Shown here: in pieces, positions 1 through 9,262 of the stretch
How the letters are laid out: every line of letters begins with the position of its first letter
Position numbering within the stretch: the first letter of the stretch is position 1
Assembly: GCA_963790475.1 (NCBI GenBank)
Contig: CAWBOS010000015.1
Location: forward strand, 192,001 to 256,000
Origin: an uncultured delta proteobacterium
GTDB lineage: Bacteria > Desulfobacterota > RBG-13-43-22
Length of the DNA: 64,000 bases
Direction of reading: 5' to 3'
Translations under genes and position numbers: made by a program
The notes under the pieces: model-generated
The model's database searches: none
Seen by the model: the letters and a program-made list of their open reading frames with translations, nothing else
Told to the model about the DNA's origin: nothing

Positions 1-672
1 GGTGGTCAGGAAAAAAGTCTCTTCCATCGCCTCGCTGATGGATCTAAGGTTTCCTTTTTCTTTCATCCCCCAGAAAAGGGTTCCTTTGGCGATGGTCAAT
101 TGATAACAGGACAGGTGTTCGGGATTAAAAGCCAGGGCCTTATTCAGACCGGCCAACCATTCCTCCTTCTCCTGTCCCGGAAGACCGTAGATAAGGTCTA
201 TTCCAAGGTTAGTAAAACCAGCTTCCCGAATCCAGTCTATTGCTTTTTCTGCCTCACTTGCGGTATGTCGTCTTCTTAGAAATAACAACTCCTGTTGGTC
301 AAAAGATTGAACTCCCAGACTGATCCGGTTGACCCCCAAATCGCGATACGTTTTTAATTTAGAAGGATTCAAATCATTGGGATTGGCTTCGAGGGTGATC
401 TCCGAGCCGGGATCAAGAGAATACCTTTCCCGGATTAGGTTTAGGAGGCTCCCGATCTGTTGTTCGGAAAGTCCTGACGGGCTCCCCCCGCCCAAATAGA
501 GGGTATCAAAGACGCGGAATCGGTCTTGATATATTTCAAATTCCTTTTTAAGGGCATCCAGCCAGCGAGGAATCAAAGAATGATCCGTATGAGAATAAAA
601 ATCACAATAGGGGCATTTGCTCTGGCAGAAGGGGACATGAAGGTAAAGTCCTGAGGGGATATCGCCTGTCAT
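1..672 (-). CDS. hemW: Radical SAM heme chaperone HemW (HemN-like), 3' end outside window
   Basis: Manual minus-strand translation from ATG at 672: MTGDIPSGLYLHVPFCQSKCPYCDFYS (CxxxCxxC), later TLYLGGGSPS, ITLEANP, RISLGVQSF; downstream of lepA. Confidence 0.9.
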   Translation of the reverse strand, partial: MTGDIPSGLYLHVPFCQSKCPYCDFYSHTDHSLIPRWLDALKKEFEIYQDRFRVFDTLYLGGGSPSGLSEQQIGSLLNLIRERYSLDPGSEITLEANPNDLNPSKLKTYRDLGVNRISLGVQSFDQQELLFLRRRHTASEAEKAIDWIREAGFTNLGIDLIYGLPGQEKEEWLAGLNKALAFNPEHLSCYQLTIAKGTLFWGMKEKGNLRSISEAMEETFFLTT

Positions 673-718
673 TGTGGTTTCAGAAAAAGGTCTCAAGACA
701 ACTTGTAACCTGAAGTTT

Positions 719-1165
719 TTAAACCAATCTACTCGATTTTTTGTAAAACCTTTTTTCAAGGTAACAGGTAATGGCCATTCGACTGGCCTCAAAATGCGGG
801 CTTGGCAGGTGCGTTGGATCCACCCACACCCACCCTTCACATTTTTCCGGCTCCATGATTTTTAGCTCACCGGAAAATTCCTGAACAAGTAATATAATCG
901 AAATATAATGTAACCCCTCGTTGCGATAAGTCTCCAAATTATTAGTGACCGTGATTACTTTCGGATTTTTAATATCAAGATCCGTTTCTTCCTTGATTTC
1001 TCTTTTCGCTCCGGCCTCGAATGTTTCACCCATGTCAAGATTTCCACCTGGGATGGAATAGTAGGGTGCGTGGCTGCCTTTTCTTTTGCCTGTCAGGACC
1101 TTTCCGTCGTGGTTTACGATAATAACGCCTATTCCAACTCTCGGTCTGTGTTTTGAGTCTGACAT
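719..1165 (-). CDS. NUDIX hydrolase (MutT/NUDT15-like)
   Basis: Nudix box GGNLDMGETFEAGAKREIKEETDL; EPEKCEGWVW motif. Confidence 0.9.
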   Translation of the reverse strand: MSDSKHRPRVGIGVIIVNHDGKVLTGKRKGSHAPYYSIPGGNLDMGETFEAGAKREIKEETDLDIKNPKVITVTNNLETYRNEGLHYISIILLVQEFSGELKIMEPEKCEGWVWVDPTHLPSPHFEASRMAITCYLEKRFYKKSSRLV

Positions 1166-1273
1166 ATGGTGATAAATTTTACTTAAAAGTTTTCGTATAA
1201 CGTTTCCCTAAGGAGGCACTCGGGCAACAGCGACCAAGCCTTAAAGGTACAACATTACGATAACAATAATACA

Positions 1274-3070
1274 TCAATCCGTATCCGATTTTAAGACGGC
1301 TACAAAGGCGCCCTGGGGGATTTCCACCGAGCCGACCATCTTCATCCGCTGTTTACCTTTTTTCTGTTTTTCGAGGAGCTTTCGCTTTCGGGTGATATCC
1401 CCGCCGTAACATTTGGCAGTGACGTCTTTCCGAAAGGCGGAGATGGTTGAACGGGCGATGATGGTCCCGCCGATGGCCCCCTGAATGGGGATCTTGAACA
1501 TCTGCCGGGGAATTTCATCCTTCAGCCGGTCGCAGATCTGCACCGCCCGGGTCCGGGCCCGGTCTCGGTGGACCATCAATGATAGGGCATCCACTTTCTC
1601 GCCGTTGACTAAGATATCCAGTTTCACCAGATCGCTGGTCCGATATCCGATCAGCTCGTAATCAAAAGAGCCGTATCCCCGGGTCAGACTTTTCAATTTG
1701 TCGTAAAAATCATAAATGACTTCGGCCAGGGGCAGGTCGTATTTGAGTTCCACCCGGCCCGGTGTGGGATAGTGCATCTGGGGGTTGGTCCCCCGGCGTT
1801 CCCGGCACAGGCTCATGATATTGCCCAGATAGGTATCGGGGATCATAATGGTGGCCCGGATAAAAGGTTCTTCGGAGTAGTCGATGGTCATGGGGTCGGG
1901 ATAGTATTGGGGGTTGTCGACAATGACCGTTTCCCCGTCCTTGAGGTGATAGCGGTACTGGACACTGGGCACGGTCATAATGATAGACTGGTTATATTCC
2001 CGTTCCAGACGCTCCTGGACGATTTCCAGATGGAGCAGCCCGAGGAAACCGCAGCGAAATCCCTGCCCCAGGGCAGCGGAAGAATCCTTTTGATAGATCA
2101 GGGCCGCATCATTGAGCTTATATTTTTCCAGGGCCTCAGTCAGCGATTGATAATCCTCGGAGGAAATAGGATAGATGGAGGAAAAGACCACCGGTTTGAC
2201 TTCTTTGAACCCGTGTAAAGGGGCTGGGGCCGGATTATTGTCCAGGGTAATGGTGTCGCCGATCCGGGTGTCGCTGACGGTTTTAATGCCGGCGATTAGA
2301 TACCCCACCTCGCCGGCGGAAAGCGCCTTCCTCGGTTCGCGAACCAATCGGAAAAGCCCCACCTCTTCCACCAGGTAGGTGGCTCCAAAAAACATCAAGC
2401 GGATGGTGTCCCCCGGATGGACTGATCCATTGAATATCCGGCAACTGACTATAGTCCCGCGGAAGGGGTCATAATGGGCATCAAAGATCAGGGCAGTCAA
2501 GGGGACATCGGGGTCCCCTGTGGGCGGGGGAATCCGCTCAGTGATGGCTTCCAGGATCTCCTCGATCCCGATCCCTTCCTTGGCCGAACACAGAAGGGCC
2601 GAATCGGAATCCAGGCCCAGATCGATTTCAATCTCTTCCTTGACCCGTTCGATATCCGCCGAAGGCAGATCGATCTTATTTATTACCGGAATGATGGTCA
2701 GGTCCTGTTCCACGGCGGCATACATATTGGCCAGGGTCTGGGCCTGCACCCCCTGGGCGGCATCGATTAACAGCAGCACCCCTTCGCAGGAGGCCAGGGC
2801 CCTGGAAACCTCATAGGAAAAATCCACATGCCCCGGTGTGTCGATCAGGTTCAGATCGAATTCTTCCCCTTTTTTGTTGATATAGGGAAGGGTAACGGTG
2901 TTGCTCTTGATGGTGATGCCCCGTTCCCGTTCGATGTCCATGGTATCCAGGATCTGGTCGCGGAACCCCCGCTGATCCACCAGACCGGCGTATTGAATCA
3001 AACGGTCGGCCAGGGTGGACTTACCGTGATCGATATGGGCGATAATGCTGAAATTACGTATCTGTTTCAT
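1274..3070 (-). CDS. lepA: Translation elongation factor 4 LepA
   Basis: [35 protein letters not shown]-terminal [21 protein letters not shown]; 598 aa. Confidence 0.99.
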   Translation of the reverse strand: MKQIRNFSIIAHIDHGKSTLADRLIQYAGLVDQRGFRDQILDTMDIERERGITIKSNTVTLPYINKKGEEFDLNLIDTPGHVDFSYEVSRALASCEGVLLLIDAAQGVQAQTLANMYAAVEQDLTIIPVINKIDLPSADIERVKEEIEIDLGLDSDSALLCSAKEGIGIEEILEAITERIPPPTGDPDVPLTALIFDAHYDPFRGTIVSCRIFNGSVHPGDTIRLMFFGATYLVEEVGLFRLVREPRKALSAGEVGYLIAGIKTVSDTRIGDTITLDNNPAPAPLHGFKEVKPVVFSSIYPISSEDYQSLTEALEKYKLNDAALIYQKDSSAALGQGFRCGFLGLLHLEIVQERLEREYNQSIIMTVPSVQYRYHLKDGETVIVDNPQYYPDPMTIDYSEEPFIRATIMIPDTYLGNIMSLCRERRGTNPQMHYPTPGRVELKYDLPLAEVIYDFYDKLKSLTRGYGSFDYELIGYRTSDLVKLDILVNGEKVDALSLMVHRDRARTRAVQICDRLKDEIPRQMFKIPIQGAIGGTIIARSTISAFRKDVTAKCYGGDITRKRKLLEKQKKGKQRMKMVGSVEIPQGAFVAVLKSDTD

Positions 3071-3081
3071 AAGGTTGAAAA

Positions 3082-3177
3082 GGGTTCGAGGATTCGAGGG
3101 GTCAGGGGTTCAAGTTTTTTTGATTTCTTTTCACTCCGCCTTGCGGTCCTTGAAACCTCGACCCCATGACCCCTGAA
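3082..3177. repeat. Palindromic element built from 8-bp units, copy 1
   Basis: GGGTTCGA GGATTCGA GGGGTCAG GGGTTCAA ... TTGAAACC TCGACCCC ATGACCCC; related copy at 6482-6561. Confidence 0.75.
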
Positions 3178-3178
3178 T

Positions 3179-3622
3179 TTAAGGGTTTAAAAGTTTGAAT
3201 CCCAGGTCCGATTCCAATTTACGCAGGGCCGTGGTCTCCAACAGTTCTATAAGCACAACTTCGGCTATCTGCCAGACCTTTACCCCGGTTCGGACACAAC
3301 CGGTTATGGTGACATCTTTCCGGCCTCCGGCCACATGCATATGCAGCATCGGTTTTCCCTCGTCATCCGGAAACAGGGTCCCGGTCCCGACGATCTCATG
3401 AACATCATTCAGTTCATAGGTCATGGGATTCACCGGTGTGGCCCGCCCGTCTTCCGGGCCGACCACTAGGCGGCTTTGCCTGTCGGCCCCGCCGAGAACG
3501 ATCATAAATGCGGCCTTGATTCCCTGACCGGCGGCAAAGTGTTCAAGAGTTTCGTGGAGTATTTCCCCGTCTTCCAGCCGAATGACAAAAATGCGTCCTT
3601 GTTTGGCCTGTGAATATTTCAA
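3179..3622 (-). CDS. PPC/DUF296 domain protein
   Basis: GRIFVIRLEDGE, EIVGTGTL, PMLHMHV motif, GCVRTG. Confidence 0.85.
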   Translation of the reverse strand: MKYSQAKQGRIFVIRLEDGEILHETLEHFAAGQGIKAAFMIVLGGADRQSRLVVGPEDGRATPVNPMTYELNDVHEIVGTGTLFPDDEGKPMLHMHVAGGRKDVTITGCVRTGVKVWQIAEVVLIELLETTALRKLESDLGFKLLNP

Positions 3623-3780
3623 GTTTAATTACCTTAAAGATTAAAATCGGGGATGAACTCAGAAGGAACAGCCGCTTGGAAGTAAGATACTACAAATAGG
3701 TGAAAAACGAAAGAATTAATTTTCTCCAAGTATTGTTTTTCCCTTGAACTTTTCATGATGGGGCTTTTTAATGGAACTTG

Positions 3781-3843
3781 TCTGACAAGAAATTCAAAAA
3801 GGAGGGGCAAAAGGCCGCCGCGCCCCTTGTCTTTCTGTTAGCC
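3781..3843 (+). other. Degenerate attC-like site upstream of the TA cassette
   Basis: TCTGACAAGAAA...GGGGC-loop-GCCCC...TTTCTGTTAGCC; R''-like and GTTAGCC R'-like ends, about 63 bp. Confidence 0.45.
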
Positions 3844-3855
3844 GAGCAAATCGAT

Positions 3856-3908
3856 TTGACTTACATAGTGATGTGGATTAGAATAGCTATAAAAACCCAC
3901 ATTATTAT
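3856..3908 (+). promoter_or_regulatory. Sigma70 promoter of the TA operon with overlapping inverted-repeat operator
   Basis: TTGACT(3856)-17 bp-TAGAAT(3879); ATAGTGATGTGG (3865) / CCACATTATTAT (3897) imperfect inverted repeat. Confidence 0.7.
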
Positions 3909-3919
3909 AGAGGTGCCCT

Positions 3920-4153
3920 ATGAGAACCATTCAGATGACCCTTGACGATGATCTTGTCAAAGCGGTCGACCGCGTTTCAAAGGAACTCCGCACCAGCCGC
4001 TCTGCCTTCGCCAGAAAGGCGCTTCGTGACGCGCTTGCCCGTTATAGTCGTGACCAACTGGAACGTAAACATCGTCGGGGGTATGAACGGTACCCGGTTA
4101 CTGCCGATGAGTTCTCTGTTTGGGAGAGTGAGCAAGCTTGGGGTGATGAATGA
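3920..4153 (+). CDS. Ribbon-helix-helix (CopG) antitoxin, MazE/NdoAI-like
   Basis: MRTIQMTLDDDLVKAVD...SRSAFARKAL RHH motif, acidic tail; 4-nt overlap with toxin gene. Confidence 0.88.
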   Translation: MRTIQMTLDDDLVKAVDRVSKELRTSRSAFARKALRDALARYSRDQLERKHRRGYERYPVTADEFSVWESEQAWGDE

Positions 4154-4461
4154 AACACGGTGAAATACGGTGGTACAAATTTATATCTCCGGATAAGAAA
4201 AGGCCGGCTCTCATCCTAACACGAGATTCCGTTATAGAATATCTTGGTGAGGTGACTATCGCCCCCATTACAACTACAATCCGTAATATACCGTCTGAAG
4301 TGTTTCTCTCAAAAGCCGAGGGCATGCTTCAAGAATGCGCTGTCAATTGTGACCACTTGCAAACAATTTCGAAGGGGAAAATTGGGGCATTGATCACTAC
4401 CTTAACGCCCGGGAAAATGGCTGATGTCGGCCGTGCAATCCGCTTTGCCCTCAATATCTGA
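4150..4461 (+). CDS. mazF: PemK/MazF family endoribonuclease toxin
   Basis: GEIRWY, KKRPALILTRD, VTIAPITTT, VNCDHLQTISK. Confidence 0.92.
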   Translation: MKHGEIRWYKFISPDKKRPALILTRDSVIEYLGEVTIAPITTTIRNIPSEVFLSKAEGMLQECAVNCDHLQTISKGKIGALITTLTPGKMADVGRAIRFALNI

Positions 4462-4519
4462 CCAGGAGCGGCCAACAAGGCGCTGACACAGATTGGTCCG
4501 AATACGGAGGCTCTAAGAT

Positions 4520-5012
4520 TTGGCCGATCGACAATTAACCCATACGGGCGAAAGATTTCCATGGCTTTTCTTGGGACTGACTTATGGACTTTCTTGGCCT
4601 ATTTGGGTTCCCTTCATACTATCCGGCAAAACAGTAAACAGTCCGGTTCCTTCTCTGATTATTGCCTGCTCCGTACCGAGCCTGGTAGGAATTCTACTAA
4701 CCTATTTAACTTCTGACAGCGCCGGTAGAGTTGATTCCTGGAAACGCGTTGTCAGCTTCAAGTTAATTGGGTTAAGGTGGTACGCTGTTATTTTCTAATA
4801 CGCATCGCAGCATCTTATCGGCGGTCTTCATGCATTTCATGTTCAATTCAACCTATGGAATCATTCAGCAAGATGGCCAACCGATACCGTCGAGCACATT
4901 TGCGGCCAACACGATAATTATTGCCTTAACCGCCGGGATTGTTATCAGCCTGTGGGGATGCAAAACCATGATGTTCTGTGGTGACGGCCGGGAAGACGTG
5001 AAGGACGCCTAA
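4520..5012 (+). pseudogene. CPBP (CAAX/Abi) intramembrane protease, internally deleted remnant
   Basis: N-terminal piece FLGLTYGLSWPIW...IGLRWYAVIF and C-terminal piece SILSAVFMHFMFN; central catalytic EE motif absent. Confidence 0.6.
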
Positions 5013-5081
5013 TAAACCATCAAATTCAAGAGGAGACTTGAGTGAAATAGGGACCAAGCCCTATAGAAGAACGATATGAAT

Positions 5082-5142
5082 TCCTAATAAAGTGCTCAAG
5101 ATACCGGTTAAAAAGCGCTGCCCCTTTAGCTTTCCGTTAGAT
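5082..5142 (+). other. attC-like integron cassette recombination site
   Basis: TCCTAATAAAGTGCTCAAG...TTTAGCTTTCCGTTAGAT: R' GTTAGAT fits GTTRRRY; L'' GCTCAA pairs with L' TTAGC leaving one extra base; 61 bp. Confidence 0.6.
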
Positions 5143-5195
5143 GTATTTGACAATAAGTGAGTTTGTAAGAATTTTTATAAGAAGGATTTATCCTC

Positions 5196-5614
5196 ATGAA
5201 ACCGGAAGAAATAAATTATAAAGGCTATCTGATCAGCAATAATAAAAATTTGTTATCGCTCGAAAGAATTCATGAGTTTTTATCGCGCTCATACTGGGCC
5301 GGTCAAAGATCAAAAAAGAAATTGCAGAATCAATCAAAAATTCAGAATGTTTTGGAATATATCTCAAAAATGACCAGGTGGGATTTGCCCGGATTGTTAC
5401 CGACTATTCCGTTATGTATTGGTTATGTGATGTGTTTATAGATGAAAACCACAGAAAACAGGGATTAGGGAAAAAACTGATAGAAACAATCGTAAATCAA
5501 GAGGAATTTAAGAACCTGACAGGCTTTCTGGGGACTTTGGATGCTCATCGGCTATATGAAAAGTTTGGCTTTCAAAAAGATCCGGATAGACTCATGAGGA
5601 TAAAAATTAATTAA
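5196..5614 (+). pseudogene. GNAT acetyltransferase, frameshifted in an A-run near 5312-5320
   Basis: ORF 5196 (IHEFLSRSYWA) continues in another frame as GFARIVTDY...DVFIDENHRKQGLGKKL...AHRLYEKFGF. Confidence 0.8.
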
Positions 5615-5857
5615 ATACTATTAACTGCGGGACGATGAGCCTGGACCCCGGCTTCCGCCGGGGAGACGGCTATAAGAAGTTTGGGGTTTTGTTCCGGCGA
5701 CGTCGTAAACCCAAAGGAGGATAATTTTGATTCTGGGGGAGGATGAAAAACAGGTTCTTTTGGAAATGATTAGAAAGCTAAACAACATATAATTGTGACA
5801 TTTAGAAAACAATCATGGCGGAATAAATAAGAGAAAAAAAGAATAACGGGGAGTCCT

Positions 5858-6463
5858 TTAGCCCACAGCAAGGTTGTCCCGCAGATGGGCCGTTTCGTTC
5901 AGGCTGGCCACCGAACGCTGCCCTTTTCCGGAAGCCAAAAACCGATTGATGCTGGTATATTCCGGGGCGAAAAACAAGTTAGGTCTACTAAGGCCGAGGA
6001 CATGGGCGGCCCACAGATTGATAACCCCGCCGTGGCAAACTACAGCCACCCGATTTCCGCTGTTTTGAGAAATGATTTGTTCAAGGCTGGCCACCACTTT
6101 TTTTTGAAAGTCTTTCAGGTCATATAGGGCTCCGAAACCACCATCCACCAATTTCCGCCAGCTTTCATAATCTTTGGATCTTAGTTCTTCCAGAGGGATA
6201 TAGACCGAGGATCGATTGTCGAATTCCATAACCCCCGGTTCGATGCGGATTTCGATTCCTTTGACATTGGCCAGGGCCTGGGCAGTCATTTTGGCCCGAT
6301 TCAAGGGACTGCTGTAAAGGACATCCAGGTGTTCCGATTCCATCCAACGCGCCAGTTTCCGGGCCTGTTCGATTCCTGTTTCGCTTAATCCCGGATCGGC
6401 TGGGCTGCCGTCCTGTTTTTCGACCCTTAAGGGTAAGGCATGACGAATTAATATGAGTTCCAT
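5858..6463 (-). CDS. Histidine phosphatase (phosphoglycerate mutase family)
   Basis: LILIRHA, LYSSPLNRAKMTA, VVCHGGVI; start moved to ATG 6463 behind a GGGAG RBS. Confidence 0.9.
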   Translation of the reverse strand: MELILIRHALPLRVEKQDGSPADPGLSETGIEQARKLARWMESEHLDVLYSSPLNRAKMTAQALANVKGIEIRIEPGVMEFDNRSSVYIPLEELRSKDYESWRKLVDGGFGALYDLKDFQKKVVASLEQIISQNSGNRVAVVCHGGVINLWAAHVLGLSRPNLFFAPEYTSINRFLASGKGQRSVASLNETAHLRDNLAVG

Positions 6464-6481
6464 ACTATCTCCCTTTAAAAA

Positions 6482-6561
6482 GGGTTCAAGGAGACAAGGG
6501 GTCAAGTGAAAGGCGTAGAAATAAAACCCTTGAACCCTCGAATCCTTGAACCCTTGACCCC
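6482..6561. repeat. Palindromic element built from 8-bp units, copy 2
   Basis: GGGTTCAA GGAGACAA GGGGTCAA ... TTGAACCC TCGAATCC TTGAACCC TTGACCCC. Confidence 0.75.
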
Positions 6562-6569
6562 TGCTTTTT

Positions 6570-8126
6570 TTACATCAACCCTTCCCAGACCGCCCTCTCC
6601 TGGCCGTAAGGATCATCATTCACTGTAATCTCTTTATCGAAAATGACAGTCGCCCTTTTGTTAACTGAGTAAGGGGACAAGGCCGGAATAGCCGGATTGT
6701 TTGGATTTCCGGTTCTGGCAAAAGCGATCCAGGTATCCATCATGGCCCCGCTGAGAGTTTCAGTTTCCGCGTCCCGTTTGGGAAAGATTCCCACTTCGGT
6801 ATTCAATAGGACACCGAAAACAAACCCCAGTTCCAGGGCGTGCATGGCCCCGTATTTACCCCCCCTGAATGGGCTTTGCCAGGTAAACAGATACATATAG
6901 GTATTTTTTTGATGCTGGCTTTGGGCCTCAGCAAGACGGACGGAGGGGATTCGAAAGGTGTAATCAGTGGTGATGGCGTCCATAATCTCTCTGGAGGTTT
7001 CTTTATTGCCCCGGTAAATTTCAAGGAGCTTTTCATTCCATTGCTCCTCTTTCCCAATCAAAGTAACCAGTTCTTTTAGGCCTTTCCTCAGACCGGCTTC
7101 ATCCATTTTTTCAGCTTCGGGATTTAACAAATTCCAAAGTTTCGTTTCGTTGAGATTGGACCCGGCGAAAACGGAGATCTCTTTGGCATACCCTTTTCTT
7201 AGGACCTCTAAAGGATGATCCGGTAATACTTGTTTATCAACAACCGGCCCTAAGCGTAACGGCCGGTCTTCTGTAAATCCCCCCGAAGCAGGCATAATGG
7301 CTGTCTGGGCTTTCAGTAATGCATCAACGGAAATCCGTCGCAGGGTCTTGAGATCCCCTTTTCGGAGGGCTAAGATTTTGATCAGATTTTCATGGGCCCG
7401 CATCGCCGCCTCCGGATTCATCCCCAGGGGATGAGCCGCTCCCGATTGCAAAATAGCCCGGTGGAATAAACCTTTGGCCGAAGGCATGGCCAGCAGGGCA
7501 GCTATGGCAAATCCACCGGCCGATTCCCCAAAGATGGTAATGTTATCCGGGTCTCCTCCAAAATGAAAAATGTTCTTTTTCACGAACCGAAGGGCGGCCG
7601 CCATATCCAACAATCCAACGTTTGAACTCGCTTCCGGCTCGTCGGGCCAATATAGAAACCCAAGGACCCCCAGCCGATAGTTGATGCTTACCACCACCAC
7701 GTCCCCTCTCAAGGCCAACCGGGAACCGTCAAGGGAAGCTCCCGTACCGGTAACAAATGCCCCGCCGTGAATGAAAAATAGAACCGGGCGTTTTGAGGAG
7801 TCAACAGCAGGGGTCCAGATATTCAGGGTCAGGCATTCCGCCTCGTTTTGGGCCCTCTGCCCTCCGAACAAGGCTTCCAGATTAGAAGGGGCTTGCGGCG
7901 CTATCGAGCCGTATTCCAAGGCATCCCGCACACCGGTCCAGGGTACCACGGGAGCCGGAGGGTTGAAACGGAGATGTCTAACCGGGGGTGCGGCGTAGGG
8001 AATTCCTTTAAATTTGATGATGCCTCTTCGACCGTAACCCCGAACTTTACCGTTTGAAGTTTCAACAACAGGTTCTTTTTCCATAGGCGATTCCTCTCCT
8101 TTTATCAACTTTCCAGGTCCTGTCAT
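6570..8126 (-). CDS. Type B carboxylesterase (PnbA-like)
   Basis: FKGIPYAAPP, ECLTLNIWTP, FIHGGAF, FGESAGG (GxSxG), AMHALEL. Confidence 0.93.
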   Translation of the reverse strand: MTGPGKLIKGEESPMEKEPVVETSNGKVRGYGRRGIIKFKGIPYAAPPVRHLRFNPPAPVVPWTGVRDALEYGSIAPQAPSNLEALFGGQRAQNEAECLTLNIWTPAVDSSKRPVLFFIHGGAFVTGTGASLDGSRLALRGDVVVVSINYRLGVLGFLYWPDEPEASSNVGLLDMAAALRFVKKNIFHFGGDPDNITIFGESAGGFAIAALLAMPSAKGLFHRAILQSGAAHPLGMNPEAAMRAHENLIKILALRKGDLKTLRRISVDALLKAQTAIMPASGGFTEDRPLRLGPVVDKQVLPDHPLEVLRKGYAKEISVFAGSNLNETKLWNLLNPEAEKMDEAGLRKGLKELVTLIGKEEQWNEKLLEIYRGNKETSREIMDAITTDYTFRIPSVRLAEAQSQHQKNTYMYLFTWQSPFRGGKYGAMHALELGFVFGVLLNTEVGIFPKRDAETETLSGAMMDTWIAFARTGNPNNPAIPALSPYSVNKRATVIFDKEITVNDDPYGQERAVWEGLM

Positions 8127-8208
8127 TAATGGATTTTAAAAAGACCAATACCAACCCCGGTTGCAGGAGTGGAATGCCCCCGGAACCGGGAGGAGAAAGA
8201 TGAATGGA

Positions 8209-8430
8209 TTAGGATTTGTGGCGGAAGACAATCAGTCCATGAGAAAGGTCATATAAAGAAACACCCACAGTCACTTTATCCCCCTCGATCACCCGGATTT
8301 TAAAACGCTTCATCGTGCCGCAGAGTTTGGCGGTGATGGTGGTTCCGTTTTCCAAGGTTATCAAGTAGTTTCCCCCCCCGGTGGCTTTACTGACTTTGCC
8401 TTCGAATTTGGCTAGGTCGTCTTTAGACAA
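8209..8430 (-). CDS. infA: Translation initiation factor IF-1
   Basis: SKDDLAKFEGKV...KIRVIEGDKVTVGVSLYDLSHGLIVFR; TTG start at 8430 behind AAGGAG. Confidence 0.9.
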   Translation of the reverse strand: MSKDDLAKFEGKVSKATGGGNYLITLENGTTITAKLCGTMKRFKIRVIEGDKVTVGVSLYDLSHGLIVFRHKS

Positions 8431-8566
8431 TAATTCCAACTCCTTTGTTGAACCCAGATATTTGATGGACTTATAAAAAGGCCATCAACAGGGTCCCGGT
8501 CCTGTTTCGTAAAAAATCGTTTTTTTATTTTTTACAAAATATCAGGTTTATACTCGGTTAGAATGC

Positions 8567-8601
8567 AAAAAGCCTGCAACCGGTTAGCCGGTTAGCAGGC
8601 T
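8567..8601 (-). terminator. Intrinsic terminator after the RRM gene
   Basis: AGCCTGC AACCGG ttag CCGGTT a GCAGGCT hairpin followed by a T-run on the minus strand. Confidence 0.65.
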
Positions 8602-8642
8602 AATTGCAGATTTTTAACAGTGTTTTTCAAGACAAGAAAGGA

Positions 8643-9011
8643 CTACCAGCGGCTTCGGCCTTGCGAACCGCCGCTACGGCCCCCTCCTCCGCCGCGGCCA
8701 CCCTTGCCTTTACCACCACCGCCACCCGGACCCCCGCGGAAACCTCCTCCGCCTTCACGAGGCACTTGGGGACGGGCCTTGGAAACGGTTAGGGTACGCC
8801 CTTCGTATCCGCTGCCATTCAAGTTTTTTATGGCTTCGTTCGCTTCTTGTTCACTGGCCATTTCCACGAACCCGAATCCTTTGCTGAGACCGGTTTCCCG
8901 ATCGGTTATCACCTTGGCGGATTCAACCGTTCCGTAAGGTGTAAAAATCTGGGAAAGGATTTCATCGTTCACAGAATAAGGGAGACTACCTACATACAAT
9001 TTGTTGGACAT
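8643..9011 (-). CDS. RNA-binding protein, RRM domain with Gly-rich tail
   Basis: RNP2 KLYVGSL, RNP1 KGFGFVEM, GGR-rich C-terminus. Confidence 0.95.
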   Translation of the reverse strand: MSNKLYVGSLPYSVNDEILSQIFTPYGTVESAKVITDRETGLSKGFGFVEMASEQEANEAIKNLNGSGYEGRTLTVSKARPQVPREGGGGFRGGPGGGGGKGKGGRGGGGGRSGGSQGRSRW

Positions 9012-9262
9012 GGGACCTCCTTAAAGGTTTATGTCCCTTAAAGAGGTCTTAAGCTTCATGGCCGGGAACTCTTTAAAGGCGGGGTAAATTTTTACCTTAT
9101 TTATACCATATTTTGTTTTCCGATACAACCCTTTTATTAGAACAGTCTCCCGGGTCTCAAGATGGGGGGCCAAAACAAATATTCCTGATAACCGCGAAGG
9201 GCATTACGAACCATACGGAATTCACTTCCATATATCCGTTGTTTATAAAGAGTATCTGGGGT

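Noticed and set aside
3082-6561. Octamer repeats as a CRISPR array
   Set aside because: Units are 8 bp, tandem and inverted, with no unique spacers and no cas genes.
8604-8937. Pro-rich and Ala/Thr-rich plus-strand ORFs
   Set aside because: Antisense shadows of the Gly-rich RRM gene.
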